DNA of 32,000 bases, taken from positions 2,400,001 to 2,432,000 of the forward strand of contig NZ_CP080507.1 of assembly GCF_019464535.1 (NCBI RefSeq), given 5' to 3'. The notes below the pieces were generated by a model. That model was not told the DNA's origin and did not search any database. It saw nothing but the letters and a program-made list of their open reading frames with translations. The DNA is from Horticoccus luteus. Its GTDB lineage: Bacteria; Verrucomicrobiota; Verrucomicrobiia; Opitutales; Opitutaceae. The translations under genes were made by a program, and so were the position numbers. Below, one piece after another: positions 8,301 to 16,901 of this stretch (position 1 is the first letter of the stretch; each line of letters begins with the position of its first letter).

Positions 8301-10527
8301 GATGACCAACGCGACCGACACCGTGCGCATGACCAACAACTACAACCCCACCTTCACCGGCACCACGCAGATCAACAACGGCATCCTCAGCCTCGCCACC
8401 CTCTACAACACCTACCCCGCCGACCCCGCGCACCCGAACTTCTTCGCGATCAACGGCCCCGTCGTCATCGGCGACGGCACCGGCGCCGCCAACTCCGCGC
8501 AACTCACCATCCAGGCCAACACCTCGATCCTTTACGACGAGATGATGAACTACACCACGCCGATCACGCTCAAAAGCGACGGCCAGTTCAGCCTCCTCGC
8601 CGCGCAGACGATCGGCGCCCTCACCTTTAACGGCGGCAATATCGACCTCGGCACCACCGGCAGCCTCTTTCTCAACGACGACGTCACCGTCAACGCCTCC
8701 GCCGGCCACACCGCCACCATCACCGGCTCCGGCACCAGCGCCTTGAGCCTCACCATCCACCAAGGCCCCGTCCCGGTCCCCAACGCCACCCGCACCTTCA
8801 ACCTCGTCGGCGGCGCCGGCAACACCAGCGACCTCACCATCGGCGCCCTCATCTACAACGGCTCCATCGTGAAGACCGGCGCGGGCACGATGACCATCAC
8901 CTCCGATAATCACGCCGGCTACGAAGGCACCACCACCATCAACAACGGCACCCTCGCCATCACCAACAACAGCGCCCTGGGCCAGTCCGACGGCACCGAC
9001 ACCTCCGCCACCCTCGTCAACGGCAACGGCACCACCAACGGCACCCTGCAGCTCTCCAACAACATCACCGTCACCAACGAAAAACTCACGCTGAACAACA
9101 CCGGCTACGGCAATAACGGCGCTCTGCGCAACCTCTCCGGCAACAACACCTGGAACGGCGAAGTCGTCGTCAACGACGCCCGCACCCAGTCCGACGCCGG
9201 TCTGCTCACCCTCAACAACACCGTCACGATCAACACCGCGTTGGAAGTCACCGGTTCGGGCAACACCACGATCAGCGGCCCGGTCGGCGGCGCCACCGGC
9301 ACCCTCACCAAGAACGGCACCGGCACCCTCATCGTCTCCGGCACCAACACTTACGGCGGCGCCACCACGATCAACACCGGCGTCCTCAGCCTGCAAAGCA
9401 ACGCCGGCCTCGGCGCCGCCACCGGCGGCACCACCGTTTCCGGCAGCGGCGGCGCGCTCGAACTCAGCAACGCCGCACACGGCAACCTCACCACCAGCGC
9501 CGAACCCCTCGCCTTGAACGGCACCGGCATCAGCGGCAACGGCGCCCTGCGCAATGCCGCCGGCAACAACACCTTTGCCGGCCAAGTCACCCTGCAATCG
9601 GCCGCCCTCCTCACCGCCAACACCGGCACCACGCTCACCCTGAGCGGCGGCGTGACCAGCGCCAACCAGGCCGCCACCTTCGGCACCACCGCCAACAACG
9701 GCAACATCACCATTTCCGGCGTCACCAACCTCGGCACTGGCAGCCTTACCAAAGACGGCTCGGGCACCCTCGCGATCAACGGCACCGGCACCAACACCAC
9801 CGGTGCCGCGCACCTCAACGCCGGCACGATCTCGGTGGGCAGCGCGGCCACGCTCAAGACCGGCGCCTTCGACTCGGCCGTCAGCACGACGCTGATCATC
9901 GCCAGCGGCGGCACCGTCGTGTCAAATTACGCGAGTGGCAGCACGACGTTTTCGGGCGCGATCGACGGCACCGGCGGCGGCATCTTCCAGAAAGACGGCG
10001 CCGGCACGCTCGTCTTCGACCAAAGCTTCAACGCCGGCGTCGGCTCGCAACTGATCCTCAACGGCGGCACCCTGTCACTCGCCAGTGCCGCTCAAATCAC
10101 CTTCGGCAAGATCCACATCACCGCCGACACCGTCCTCGATTTTAACGGCACCGACGGCACCGTCCTCTCCTCCACCGACCTGGTGATCGACGCCGGCGTC
10201 CACATCACGGTCAACAACTGGAAAAGCACCGCGAACCAAGTCACGCAAAGCACCATCTGGTATGCGACCAACACGGTAAACACAGCGGCGCTTGGACCGA
10301 GCGACCACCTCGGCAACACGCCGCTCAACCAGATCACGTTCACCAATTACAACGGGATGACGACCACGTGGGTATCCGGCAACCACGACGGCTGGTTCAA
10401 CGAAGAAATCCGCCCCACGCCCGAACCCGCGACGTATGGCTTGTGCCTGATGTCCGCCGCCGCCGGCCTCCTGCTCTGGCAACGGCAACGCCGCCGTCAG
10501 CCCGACGTGGCGCGCCACGTCGCCTGA
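5323..10527 (+). CDS. Giant secreted protein with autotransporter-associated beta-strand repeats and a PEP-CTERM anchor (adhesin-like)
   Basis: 1734-aa ORF. The signal peptide is LNALQLALRAATIATVFLAATLCRAAE, so the true start may be the in-frame TTG at 5425 rather than the GTG at 5323. After it comes W.DGSGNSNWTNSNNW. At least eight recognisable units of the type L.K.G.GTLTLSG.NTY.G.TT.N.GTL.L are present. The sequence is Gly/Thr/Asn/Ala-rich throughout, and the C-terminus is PEP-CTERM. Confidence 0.85.
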   Translation: MSEVCLGSSASRRRWPVEKQVRESAPRFRPHAIGLNALQLALRAATIATVFLAATLCRAAETKWQDGSGNSNWTNSNNWTNGVPGSGDKATFDQTTTKSPNINSNTTLGSLQFSGTTDAEAFTGSRTLTLSGVAGVGIDNQVALTQTFANKFALDANQTWQTTADASGLVFNGTINLGGYGLTLALASASGESATIEINANIASTAGDLTITGNGSVLLSAKANYTGTTTIDSGATLALSGNATFNSAGSLVLNSGGTLEMNGISDMVSSLAGAGDLELGAGKLTINGTTSTSYSGQISGVGGSLDKRGSSTLTLAGDNAFSGGVTLNSGILQIDSDTALGTGTLDLSGGTLTSTADRSLANDFVMTGGSTIAALAGVDFTFTSDNISPGSGSLTLTNESGTGIVSVGFSGSGATFDFDRTLTLSDNTELRFLNGSGVQTFSGTIAGTGNVIRNAAGGTTVFDSNNNFTGSLELLAGTVQISADNQLGATPGSPTADRIIFDGGTLATTDTLTVNANRGITLAAGGGTFDVVSAGADTTYMGVIAGSGDLNKTGDGLLYLGGANTFSGDIAITAGGLVAESNAALGPGGTTSVGNGATLAVTGGVTINSETNITLEGDGVSGTDGALYSMAGTNEIDSLLTLSADARVVSAADKLSLSGGIAGSGNNLLFDAQGTSEIAVDGGIATGAGTVTKNDAGTLTFSGSSANTYTGTTTVNAGTLVLAKSGAATAIAGNLVIGDGTGTDTVRLDAANQLASTSAVTFTAGGTPTLNLNGFAQTLGSIASTNSSAVIAFGSPGGATDFTVGDATSTTYAGTFTSGNANGRLVKEGAGALTLSGASPGFTGAVLVDQGTLKVQNVNALGSGTAGTTVASGATLQLDSVLAPFNGTLTLSGTGVSGVGALYGTGGNNRWESNITLAGDATIGTNATGYLALGLTTTRYNRALSDPSGTPTDPTTLSLGANTLTLTGTTSAANHIATYINAQVTGTGNLVIAMTNATDTVRMTNNYNPTFTGTTQINNGILSLATLYNTYPADPAHPNFFAINGPVVIGDGTGAANSAQLTIQANTSILYDEMMNYTTPITLKSDGQFSLLAAQTIGALTFNGGNIDLGTTGSLFLNDDVTVNASAGHTATITGSGTSALSLTIHQGPVPVPNATRTFNLVGGAGNTSDLTIGALIYNGSIVKTGAGTMTITSDNHAGYEGTTTINNGTLAITNNSALGQSDGTDTSATLVNGNGTTNGTLQLSNNITVTNEKLTLNNTGYGNNGALRNLSGNNTWNGEVVVNDARTQSDAGLLTLNNTVTINTALEVTGSGNTTISGPVGGATGTLTKNGTGTLIVSGTNTYGGATTINTGVLSLQSNAGLGAATGGTTVSGSGGALELSNAAHGNLTTSAEPLALNGTGISGNGALRNAAGNNTFAGQVTLQSAALLTANTGTTLTLSGGVTSANQAATFGTTANNGNITISGVTNLGTGSLTKDGSGTLAINGTGTNTTGAAHLNAGTISVGSAATLKTGAFDSAVSTTLIIASGGTVVSNYASGSTTFSGAIDGTGGGIFQKDGAGTLVFDQSFNAGVGSQLILNGGTLSLASAAQITFGKIHITADTVLDFNGTDGTVLSSTDLVIDAGVHITVNNWKSTANQVTQSTIWYATNTVNTAALGPSDHLGNTPLNQITFTNYNGMTTTWVSGNHDGWFNEEIRPTPEPATYGLCLMSAAAGLLLWQRQRRRQPDVARHVA
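10414..10524 (+). other. PEP-CTERM sorting signal (domain within the giant protein)
   Basis: PTPEPATYGLCLMSAAAGLLLWQRQRRRQPDVARHVA contains the PEP motif (10420-10428), a hydrophobic helix and an Arg cluster. This is the canonical exosortase recognition architecture. Confidence 0.85.
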
Positions 10528-10603
10528 CGGAGAGGTTTCTAACGCCGATTCCTCCGCCGCCGGCGCGCTTGGATCACGAGCGGCGGCACGCCGAGCAGGA
10601 CGT

Positions 10604-10636
10604 AAAAAAAAGCGCGCCGTTTGAGGCGCGCTTTTG
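10604..10636. terminator. Bidirectional rho-independent terminator between convergent genes
   Basis: AAAAAAAAGCGCGCC-GTTTGA-GGCGCGCTTTT is a 9-bp GC-rich stem flanked by an A-tract on one side and a T-tract on the other. It sits between the giant gene stop (10527) and the ahcY stop (10660). Confidence 0.7.
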
Positions 10637-10659
10637 AGAATATTGGAAGCCGTATCCGC

Positions 10660-12087
10660 TCAGTAGCGGTAGTGCTCCGGTTTGTAAGGGCCGTCGACGG
10701 GCACGCCGAGATACTCGGCTTGCGCCGGCGTCAGCTTGGAAAGTTTCGCGCCGATCTTCTCCAAGTGCAGCCGCGCCACTTCTTCGTCCAGGTGTTTCGG
10801 CAGACGGTAAACCGCGACTTTATAGGTATCGCGATTTTGCCACAGCTCGATTTGAGCGAGCGTCTGGTTCGTGAAGCTGTTTGACATCACGAACGACGGG
10901 TGGCCCGTCGCGCAGCCGAGATTTACGAGGCGCCCTTCCGCCAGCAGGTAGATGCTGTTGCCACGGGGAAACGTATATAGATCGTATTGGGGCTTTACGT
11001 TGGTGCGCTTGGCATCCGACGTGTTGAGCCGATCCACTTGGATCTCGTTATCGAAGTGGCCAATATTGCAGACGATGGCCTGGTCTTTCATCGCGCGCAT
11101 GTGCTCGAGCGTGATGATGTCCTTGTTGCCCGTCGTGGTGACGTAGATATCCGCCGTGCCAAGCGTGCTCTCGATCGTGTTGACCTCAAAGCCTTCCATC
11201 GCCGCTTGCAACGCGTTGATCGGATCGATCTCGGTGACGATTACCCGCGCGCCAAAACCTTTGAGTGAATGCGCCGAGCCTTTGCCGACGTCGCCATAGC
11301 CACACACGCAGGCGACCTTGCCCGCGATCATCACATCGGTCGCGCGCTTCAGGCCGTCGGCAAGCGACTCGCGGCAGCCGTAGAGATTGTCGAATTTCGA
11401 TTTCGTGACGGAGTCGTTCACGTTGATCGCCGGCACCCGCAGCTTGCCCTTCTCGAGCATCTGGTAGAGACGGTGCACTCCGGTGGTGGTCTCCTCCGAA
11501 ACGCCACGCCATTCCTTGGCGAGCGTGGTCCATTTGAGGGGATCCTCCTGATGGACGCGCTTCAAAACGTTCTTGATCACCTGCTCTTCGTGAGAGCCCG
11601 AAGGGGTGTTCACCCAATCGCTGCCTTCTTCGAGTTCGCAGCCCTTGTGAATGAGGAGCGTCACATCGCCGCCGTCATCGACCACGAGTTGCGGCCCCTT
11701 GCCGCCGGGGAACGAAATCGCCCGCAATGTGAGATCCCAATATTCTTCCAGCGTCTCACCTTTCCACGCGAAGACCGGCACGCCGGAAGCCGCGATCGCC
11801 GCGGCGGCGTGATCCTGGGTGGAAAAAATATTGCAGGACGCCCAACGCACGTCGGCTCCGAGGGCGGTCAGCGTTTCGATCAAAACCGCGGTTTGGATCG
11901 TCATGTGCAATGACCCGGTGATGCGCACGCCGGCCAGCGGTTTGGCAGCGCCAAATTTTTTGCGCACCGCCATCAAGCCCGGCATTTCATGCTCGGCGAT
12001 GACGATTTCTTTGCGCCCCCAATCGGCGAGCGAAAGATCTTTGACGTGACAGTCGGTGAACGAGGAAGAGGGAGCGATATTGGCCAT
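10660..12087 (-). CDS. ahcY: Adenosylhomocysteinase (S-adenosyl-L-homocysteine hydrolase)
   Basis: ORF 10660..12156, trimmed to the ATG at 12087 ([37 protein letters not shown]...). Diagnostic AhcY blocks are present throughout, including the NAD-binding [10 protein letters not shown] and the C-terminal PEHYRY. Confidence 0.95.
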   Translation of the reverse strand: MANIAPSSSFTDCHVKDLSLADWGRKEIVIAEHEMPGLMAVRKKFGAAKPLAGVRITGSLHMTIQTAVLIETLTALGADVRWASCNIFSTQDHAAAAIAASGVPVFAWKGETLEEYWDLTLRAISFPGGKGPQLVVDDGGDVTLLIHKGCELEEGSDWVNTPSGSHEEQVIKNVLKRVHQEDPLKWTTLAKEWRGVSEETTTGVHRLYQMLEKGKLRVPAINVNDSVTKSKFDNLYGCRESLADGLKRATDVMIAGKVACVCGYGDVGKGSAHSLKGFGARVIVTEIDPINALQAAMEGFEVNTIESTLGTADIYVTTTGNKDIITLEHMRAMKDQAIVCNIGHFDNEIQVDRLNTSDAKRTNVKPQYDLYTFPRGNSIYLLAEGRLVNLGCATGHPSFVMSNSFTNQTLAQIELWQNRDTYKVAVYRLPKHLDEEVARLHLEKIGAKLSKLTPAQAEYLGVPVDGPYKPEHYRY

Positions 12088-12098
12088 GGTGGTATGAA

Positions 12099-13322
<1,224 letters not shown>

Positions 13323-13453
13323 GGTGGTAAAGGATGAGACGAAAGGCCGTGCGGCGCGTCTGCAAGGTTAAATCAACATATTTCAATCGCCTGATACGAT
13401 GAAATCTCTGCTTCCTTTGCCCTCCGCACTTGCGCGCTCCTTCGCCGGCGGAA
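13323..13453. promoter_or_regulatory. Divergent promoter region (metK leftward, kinase operon rightward)
   Basis: This is the only non-coding stretch between the two divergent units. It contains a locally AT-rich core (GGTTAAATCAACATATTTCAATCGCCTGATACGATGAAATC). I could not call a convincing -35/-10 pair by eye. Confidence 0.4.
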
Positions 13454-14614
13454 ATGCTCCCGCCGGCCATGCAGAATTCCGCGGCGTCTTTGCCTCCCTT
13501 CGCCTTTGCCGGACGACGAATCCTCATCGTCGATGACGACCGCATGAACTTGCGCATCCTCGGCGGGATCCTGAAAGCCGATGGTTATACGTTGATCGAA
13601 GCCGCCACCGGCGAGCAGGCCATCGAGCTTTACGCCGCCGCGTCGCCGGACCTGGTGCTCCTCGACGTGATGATGCCCGGTATCAACGGCTTCGAAACCT
13701 GCCGAAAACTGCGCGAGACCTACCGATCCGATTGCGCGCCCATCATTTTCATCACCGCCAAGAGCGATTCCGACGATGTCGTCGAAGGCTTGGCGGCCGG
13801 CGGTGTCGATTATCTACCCAAGCCGTTTCAGGCCAAAGAGGTCCTCGCGCGCATCCGCACCCATCTTTTCAACCAGCAACTGATCGAAGAGCAGCGCAAC
13901 CTCGTTGAAGCCCTCAGCCGGGCCAATGCCGCCAAAAACCGCTTTCTGGGCATGGCGGCTCACGATTTGCGCAACCCACTCGCGTCGATCCGCGCCCTTG
14001 CGGAGTTTCTGCGCGATGGGACGTTTGGGCCGCTCAATCCCGAGCAACTCGACCTGATCAAAACCATCCACGAAGCCTCGCATTCGATGCTCGATCTCGT
14101 GAATGAGCTGCTCGACGTCGCCACGATTGAGGCCGGTGAGTTGAAAGTCTCGCTCGCTCCGCACGATCTCGTCGAAGTCGTGGGTAAATGCGTCGCGATG
14201 GAAAATCTCGCCGCCGCCCGCAAGAAGACGCAAATCGTCCCGCAGCATCCCGCCGCGGCCATGATCACGCAGATGGATTTGCCCAAAATCAAACAGGTCG
14301 TGGAAAACCTGCTGAGCAACGCCGTCAAATATTCGCCGCCCGGATCGACCGTGAGCGTCCAGTTTTATCGCACGGCCGATATGGTCGGCTTCGGCGTGAT
14401 CGACCAAGGCCCGGGGATTCCTGACGCCGAGCGCGACAAACTCTTCCAAGATTTCGGCCGTCTTTCCGCCCAACCGACGGGCGGCGAGAAAAGCACCGGC
14501 TTGGGCCTCGCCATTTGCCGAAAAATTGTCGACGCTCACCGCGGATCGATCACCGCGGCGAATCGCTCCGGTTCCGGCTGCGAATTCCGCGTTTCCCTCC
14601 CCCTTTCTCCATGA
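13454..14614 (+). CDS. Soluble hybrid histidine kinase: N-terminal receiver + HisKA + HATPase_c, no sensor domain
   Basis: The start is uncertain (TTG 13430, ATG 13454 or ATG 13469). The receiver has ILIVDDD, LLDVMMPG and LPKPF. A coiled linker follows, then the H-box FLGMAAHDLRNPL, N-box LLSNAVKYS, G1 DQGPGI and G2 GLGLAICR. No hydrophobic TM segment is present. Confidence 0.85.
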   Translation: MLPPAMQNSAASLPPFAFAGRRILIVDDDRMNLRILGGILKADGYTLIEAATGEQAIELYAAASPDLVLLDVMMPGINGFETCRKLRETYRSDCAPIIFITAKSDSDDVVEGLAAGGVDYLPKPFQAKEVLARIRTHLFNQQLIEEQRNLVEALSRANAAKNRFLGMAAHDLRNPLASIRALAEFLRDGTFGPLNPEQLDLIKTIHEASHSMLDLVNELLDVATIEAGELKVSLAPHDLVEVVGKCVAMENLAAARKKTQIVPQHPAAAMITQMDLPKIKQVVENLLSNAVKYSPPGSTVSVQFYRTADMVGFGVIDQGPGIPDAERDKLFQDFGRLSAQPTGGEKSTGLGLAICRKIVDAHRGSITAANRSGSGCEFRVSLPLSP

Positions 14615-15009
14615 CCCTCCCCGGCCCCTTGCTGATCGTCGATGACGAGTCCCACGTCCGTAAATTTCTTCAAATTCTCGTTCGGCAGCTTGGCATCACT
14701 CATTGCCTCGAAGCCGCCAATGGCGAAGAGGCGTTGGAAATTTACGCGCGAGAGCGCCCCGCCGTGGTCCTGCTCGACATCAGCATGCCGGTGCTGGACG
14801 GCCTCGCCACGTTGCAACGCCTGCGTGAAATCGATCCCGACGCCATTGTGGTGATGCTCACCTCCATGACCAACCGCCAATCCGTCGAGGAAGCGCTGCG
14901 TCACGGCGCCGCCAACTACATTCGCAAGGACACGCCGAAGGAGGAGGTGATGACCGCCCTCCGTGAGACCTTGGAAGAATATTTTCCGTCTCAACCCTCC
15001 TCTCCATGA
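14611..15009 (+). CDS. Single-domain CheY-like response regulator
   Basis: ORF 14515..15009, trimmed to the ATG at 14611, which overlaps the kinase stop (ATGA). Receiver motifs are LLIVDDE, LLDISMPVLDG, VVMLTS and YIRKD. Confidence 0.9.
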   Translation: MTLPGPLLIVDDESHVRKFLQILVRQLGITHCLEAANGEEALEIYARERPAVVLLDISMPVLDGLATLQRLREIDPDAIVVMLTSMTNRQSVEEALRHGAANYIRKDTPKEEVMTALRETLEEYFPSQPSSP

Positions 15010-15191
15010 ACTCGCCCTCTCATCCGCCGGCCGCCATCACGGAAGTCCGCTATTCGCTGCCCGCGATGTTGGCGGAAATCCGGGCCGAACGCTCCGCCGG
15101 AGCCATGGCCATGGACAAACTGGAGCAGCAGGAAATCACCAAGTTGTTTAAGAGCCGCAATGCCCGCCGCCGTGCCAAACCCCAAAAGTAA
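15006..15191 (+). CDS. Hypothetical 61-aa protein with a basic C-terminus
   Basis: Its ATG overlaps the REC stop (ATGA at 15006-15009). Third codon positions are GC-rich, as in neighbouring genes. The other frame across this gap translates to Trp/Cys/Arg-rich nonsense. I recognise no family. Confidence 0.45.
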   Translation: MNSPSHPPAAITEVRYSLPAMLAEIRAERSAGAMAMDKLEQQEITKLFKSRNARRRAKPQK

Positions 15192-16878
15192 ACGGTTCGT
15201 GGACGAAGTGCGCAAACTGCGCGACTTCGATTCCCCGCAGGAACTCGCCCGGCTCGTCGAAATCCACGGGCTCACGCCGCAACTCGTCGACGCGCTGATC
15301 GAGCAGCGTCTCTTGCAAAAGGACGAGGCGTGCCGCGTCTGGGCCAACACCCTGGGACTGGCCTACGTTGATCCCTTTGCCTCCCTCATCACCGACGAGG
15401 CGATCGAGAAAATCCCGCAGGAGATTGCGCGCAAAACGCAGGCGATCGGTCTCTACGTGCTCAACGGCGTGCTCACGGTCGCGATGGCCGACCCCACGCA
15501 AGCCGATACAGTCAAACGCCTGAGTCAGATCGTGCAGATGCCCGTCAGCCCGGTCTTCGCGCTGCCGAAGGAAATCGAAGACGCCGTTTCCGTTTACTAC
15601 TCCACCGAAAAAAACGTCGAAGAAAGCCTCGCCGAGCTCGAGCGCTCCCAGGTTTTCGATCAGCCCGAGCAGGTGGGCAACAAGCTCACCCAACTCGCCG
15701 AATCGAACCAGCTCACGCGGCTGCTCGACGAAATCATCTACTACGCGCTCCGCGAACGCGCCACCGACGTCCACATCGAAGCGCAACAACACCTGTCGCG
15801 CATCCGCTTCCGCATCGATGGCCGTCTGCGCGAAATGCTCACGTTTTCGCGCAAACTCCATCGCGTCGTCATTTCGCGCATCAAGATCCTCTGCAATCTC
15901 AACATCGCCGAAACGCGTTTCCCCCAGGACGGCCGGTTTGCGATCCCGATCGGCACCCAGTCCGTGCAGTTTCGCGTGTCGACGATTCCGGCGCAGCACG
16001 GCGAGAAGGCTGTCATCCGCATCCTCGCCTCAACGAACAAACGCGCCATGTTGACGCTCGACCGGATGATGATCTCCGGTCCCGTGATCCAGCCCTTCAA
16101 GCGGCTCATCCAAAACCCCAACGGCATCATCTTCGTCACCGGCCCGACCGGCTCGGGCAAGACCACGACGCTTTACGCCGCGCTGAATGAGATCAACGCA
16201 CCGGGCGTGAACATTTCCACGATCGAAGACCCGATTGAAATCGAACTCGTCGGTGTCACGCAGACCCAGGTCAACTCGCACATCGATCTCAAGTTTGCCA
16301 CCGTGTTGCGCGCGCTTTTGCGGCAGGATCCGGACGTCATTCTCATCGGCGAAATCCGCGATTTGGAAACCGCCAACATCGCCACCGAAGCCGCCCTCAC
16401 CGGACACTTGGTTTTCGCGACCCTGCACACCAACAACGCCGCCCAAGCGGTCGTCCGCCTCCTCGAACTCGGCGTCAAACCCTACATGGTCGCGCCCTCG
16501 ATCATTGGCGTGCTCGCGCAACGCCTCGCCGCGCGCATCTGCGAAAACTGCAAAGAGTCGTATCAACCCTCTCGCGAGGTGTTGCTCCGCTATTTCGAAG
16601 AGGAAGGCTTGGAGGATGTCCCCTTCTATCGCGGACGTGGCTGCCCCGCGTGCCGGGGCACCGGTTACAAGGGCCGCGTCGCGTTTCACGAACTCGTGCT
16701 CATCACCGAAGAGATTCGCACCCTCATAGCCGAAGGCCGCAGCGCTGCCGATATCAACAAGGCGGCCGCCAAAGTCGGCTACCGTCCCCTGCGTTACGAT
16801 GGATTGAAGAAGGTGCTCATGGGTCTCACCACGATCGAAGAAATCGACGAAAACACGTCGTTCGAGTGGGCCACCTGA
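15160..16878 (+). CDS. PilB/GspE-family type II secretion / type IV pilus assembly ATPase
   Basis: T2SSE_N-like region (LGLAYVDPFASLITDEAIEKIPQEIARK...VLTVAMADPTQADTVKRL...PVFALPKEIEDAVSVYY), Walker A GPTGSGKTTT, Asp box/Walker B (ILIGEIRD), His box (LVFATLHTN) and tetracysteine CENC...CPACRGTGYKGR. An alternative GTG start at 15199 would remove the overlap with the 61-aa ORF. Confidence 0.9.
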   Translation: MPAAVPNPKSKRFVDEVRKLRDFDSPQELARLVEIHGLTPQLVDALIEQRLLQKDEACRVWANTLGLAYVDPFASLITDEAIEKIPQEIARKTQAIGLYVLNGVLTVAMADPTQADTVKRLSQIVQMPVSPVFALPKEIEDAVSVYYSTEKNVEESLAELERSQVFDQPEQVGNKLTQLAESNQLTRLLDEIIYYALRERATDVHIEAQQHLSRIRFRIDGRLREMLTFSRKLHRVVISRIKILCNLNIAETRFPQDGRFAIPIGTQSVQFRVSTIPAQHGEKAVIRILASTNKRAMLTLDRMMISGPVIQPFKRLIQNPNGIIFVTGPTGSGKTTTLYAALNEINAPGVNISTIEDPIEIELVGVTQTQVNSHIDLKFATVLRALLRQDPDVILIGEIRDLETANIATEAALTGHLVFATLHTNNAAQAVVRLLELGVKPYMVAPSIIGVLAQRLAARICENCKESYQPSREVLLRYFEEEGLEDVPFYRGRGCPACRGTGYKGRVAFHELVLITEEIRTLIAEGRSAADINKAAAKVGYRPLRYDGLKKVLMGLTTIEEIDENTSFEWAT

Positions 16879-16901
16879 CGCCGGCTTCCGCCTCTTTCCT
16901 C

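Noticed and set aside
7285-9813. 842-aa minus-strand ORF (and neighbouring minus ORFs 6201-6884, 9351-9914 and others) inside the giant gene
   Set aside because: It is pure Gly/Ala/Val/Asp/Glu low-complexity sequence. This is the mirror image of the ACC/GGC/AAC-rich sense strand, which carries a coherent signal peptide, repeat units and a PEP-CTERM. The long antisense frame is an expected artefact of high GC and biased codons.
5323-10527. Repetitive DNA that might be a CRISPR array or tandem satellite
   Set aside because: The periodicity is at the protein level (about 30-aa beta-strand repeat units) with divergent nucleotide sequence. There are no identical direct repeats separated by unique spacers, and the whole region is one continuous ORF.
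13323-13453. Possible SAM riboswitch in the metK leader
   Set aside because: The leader is only about 100 nt. I could not find the conserved cores of SAM-I, SAM-II, SAM-SAH or related classes by eye. I left it as an unexplained leader, and an Rfam/Infernal scan is needed to be sure.
15007-15160. REC and ATPase as one gene interrupted by a stop (they are in the same reading frame)
   Set aside because: The 50 in-frame codons between the TGA at 15007 and the ATG at 15160 translate to Trp/Cys/Arg/Pro-rich sequence unlike any linker. The other frame holds a plausible 61-aa ORF. Read-through or a pseudogene split seems unlikely.
15160-15360. Canonical MshEN c-di-GMP-binding motif at the ATPase N-terminus
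   Set aside because: The segment ELARLVEIHGLTPQLVDALIEQRLL is reminiscent of the RLG..LL..G.L....L...L..Q motif. However, the Gly positions and the spacing do not line up. I therefore cannot claim c-di-GMP binding from sequence alone.
13814-16689. Minus-strand ORFs 13814-14539, 14536-14994, 15148-15999 and 16030-16689
   Set aside because: They are antisense to the kinase, REC and ATPase genes and have no motifs. The sense-strand genes are clear.
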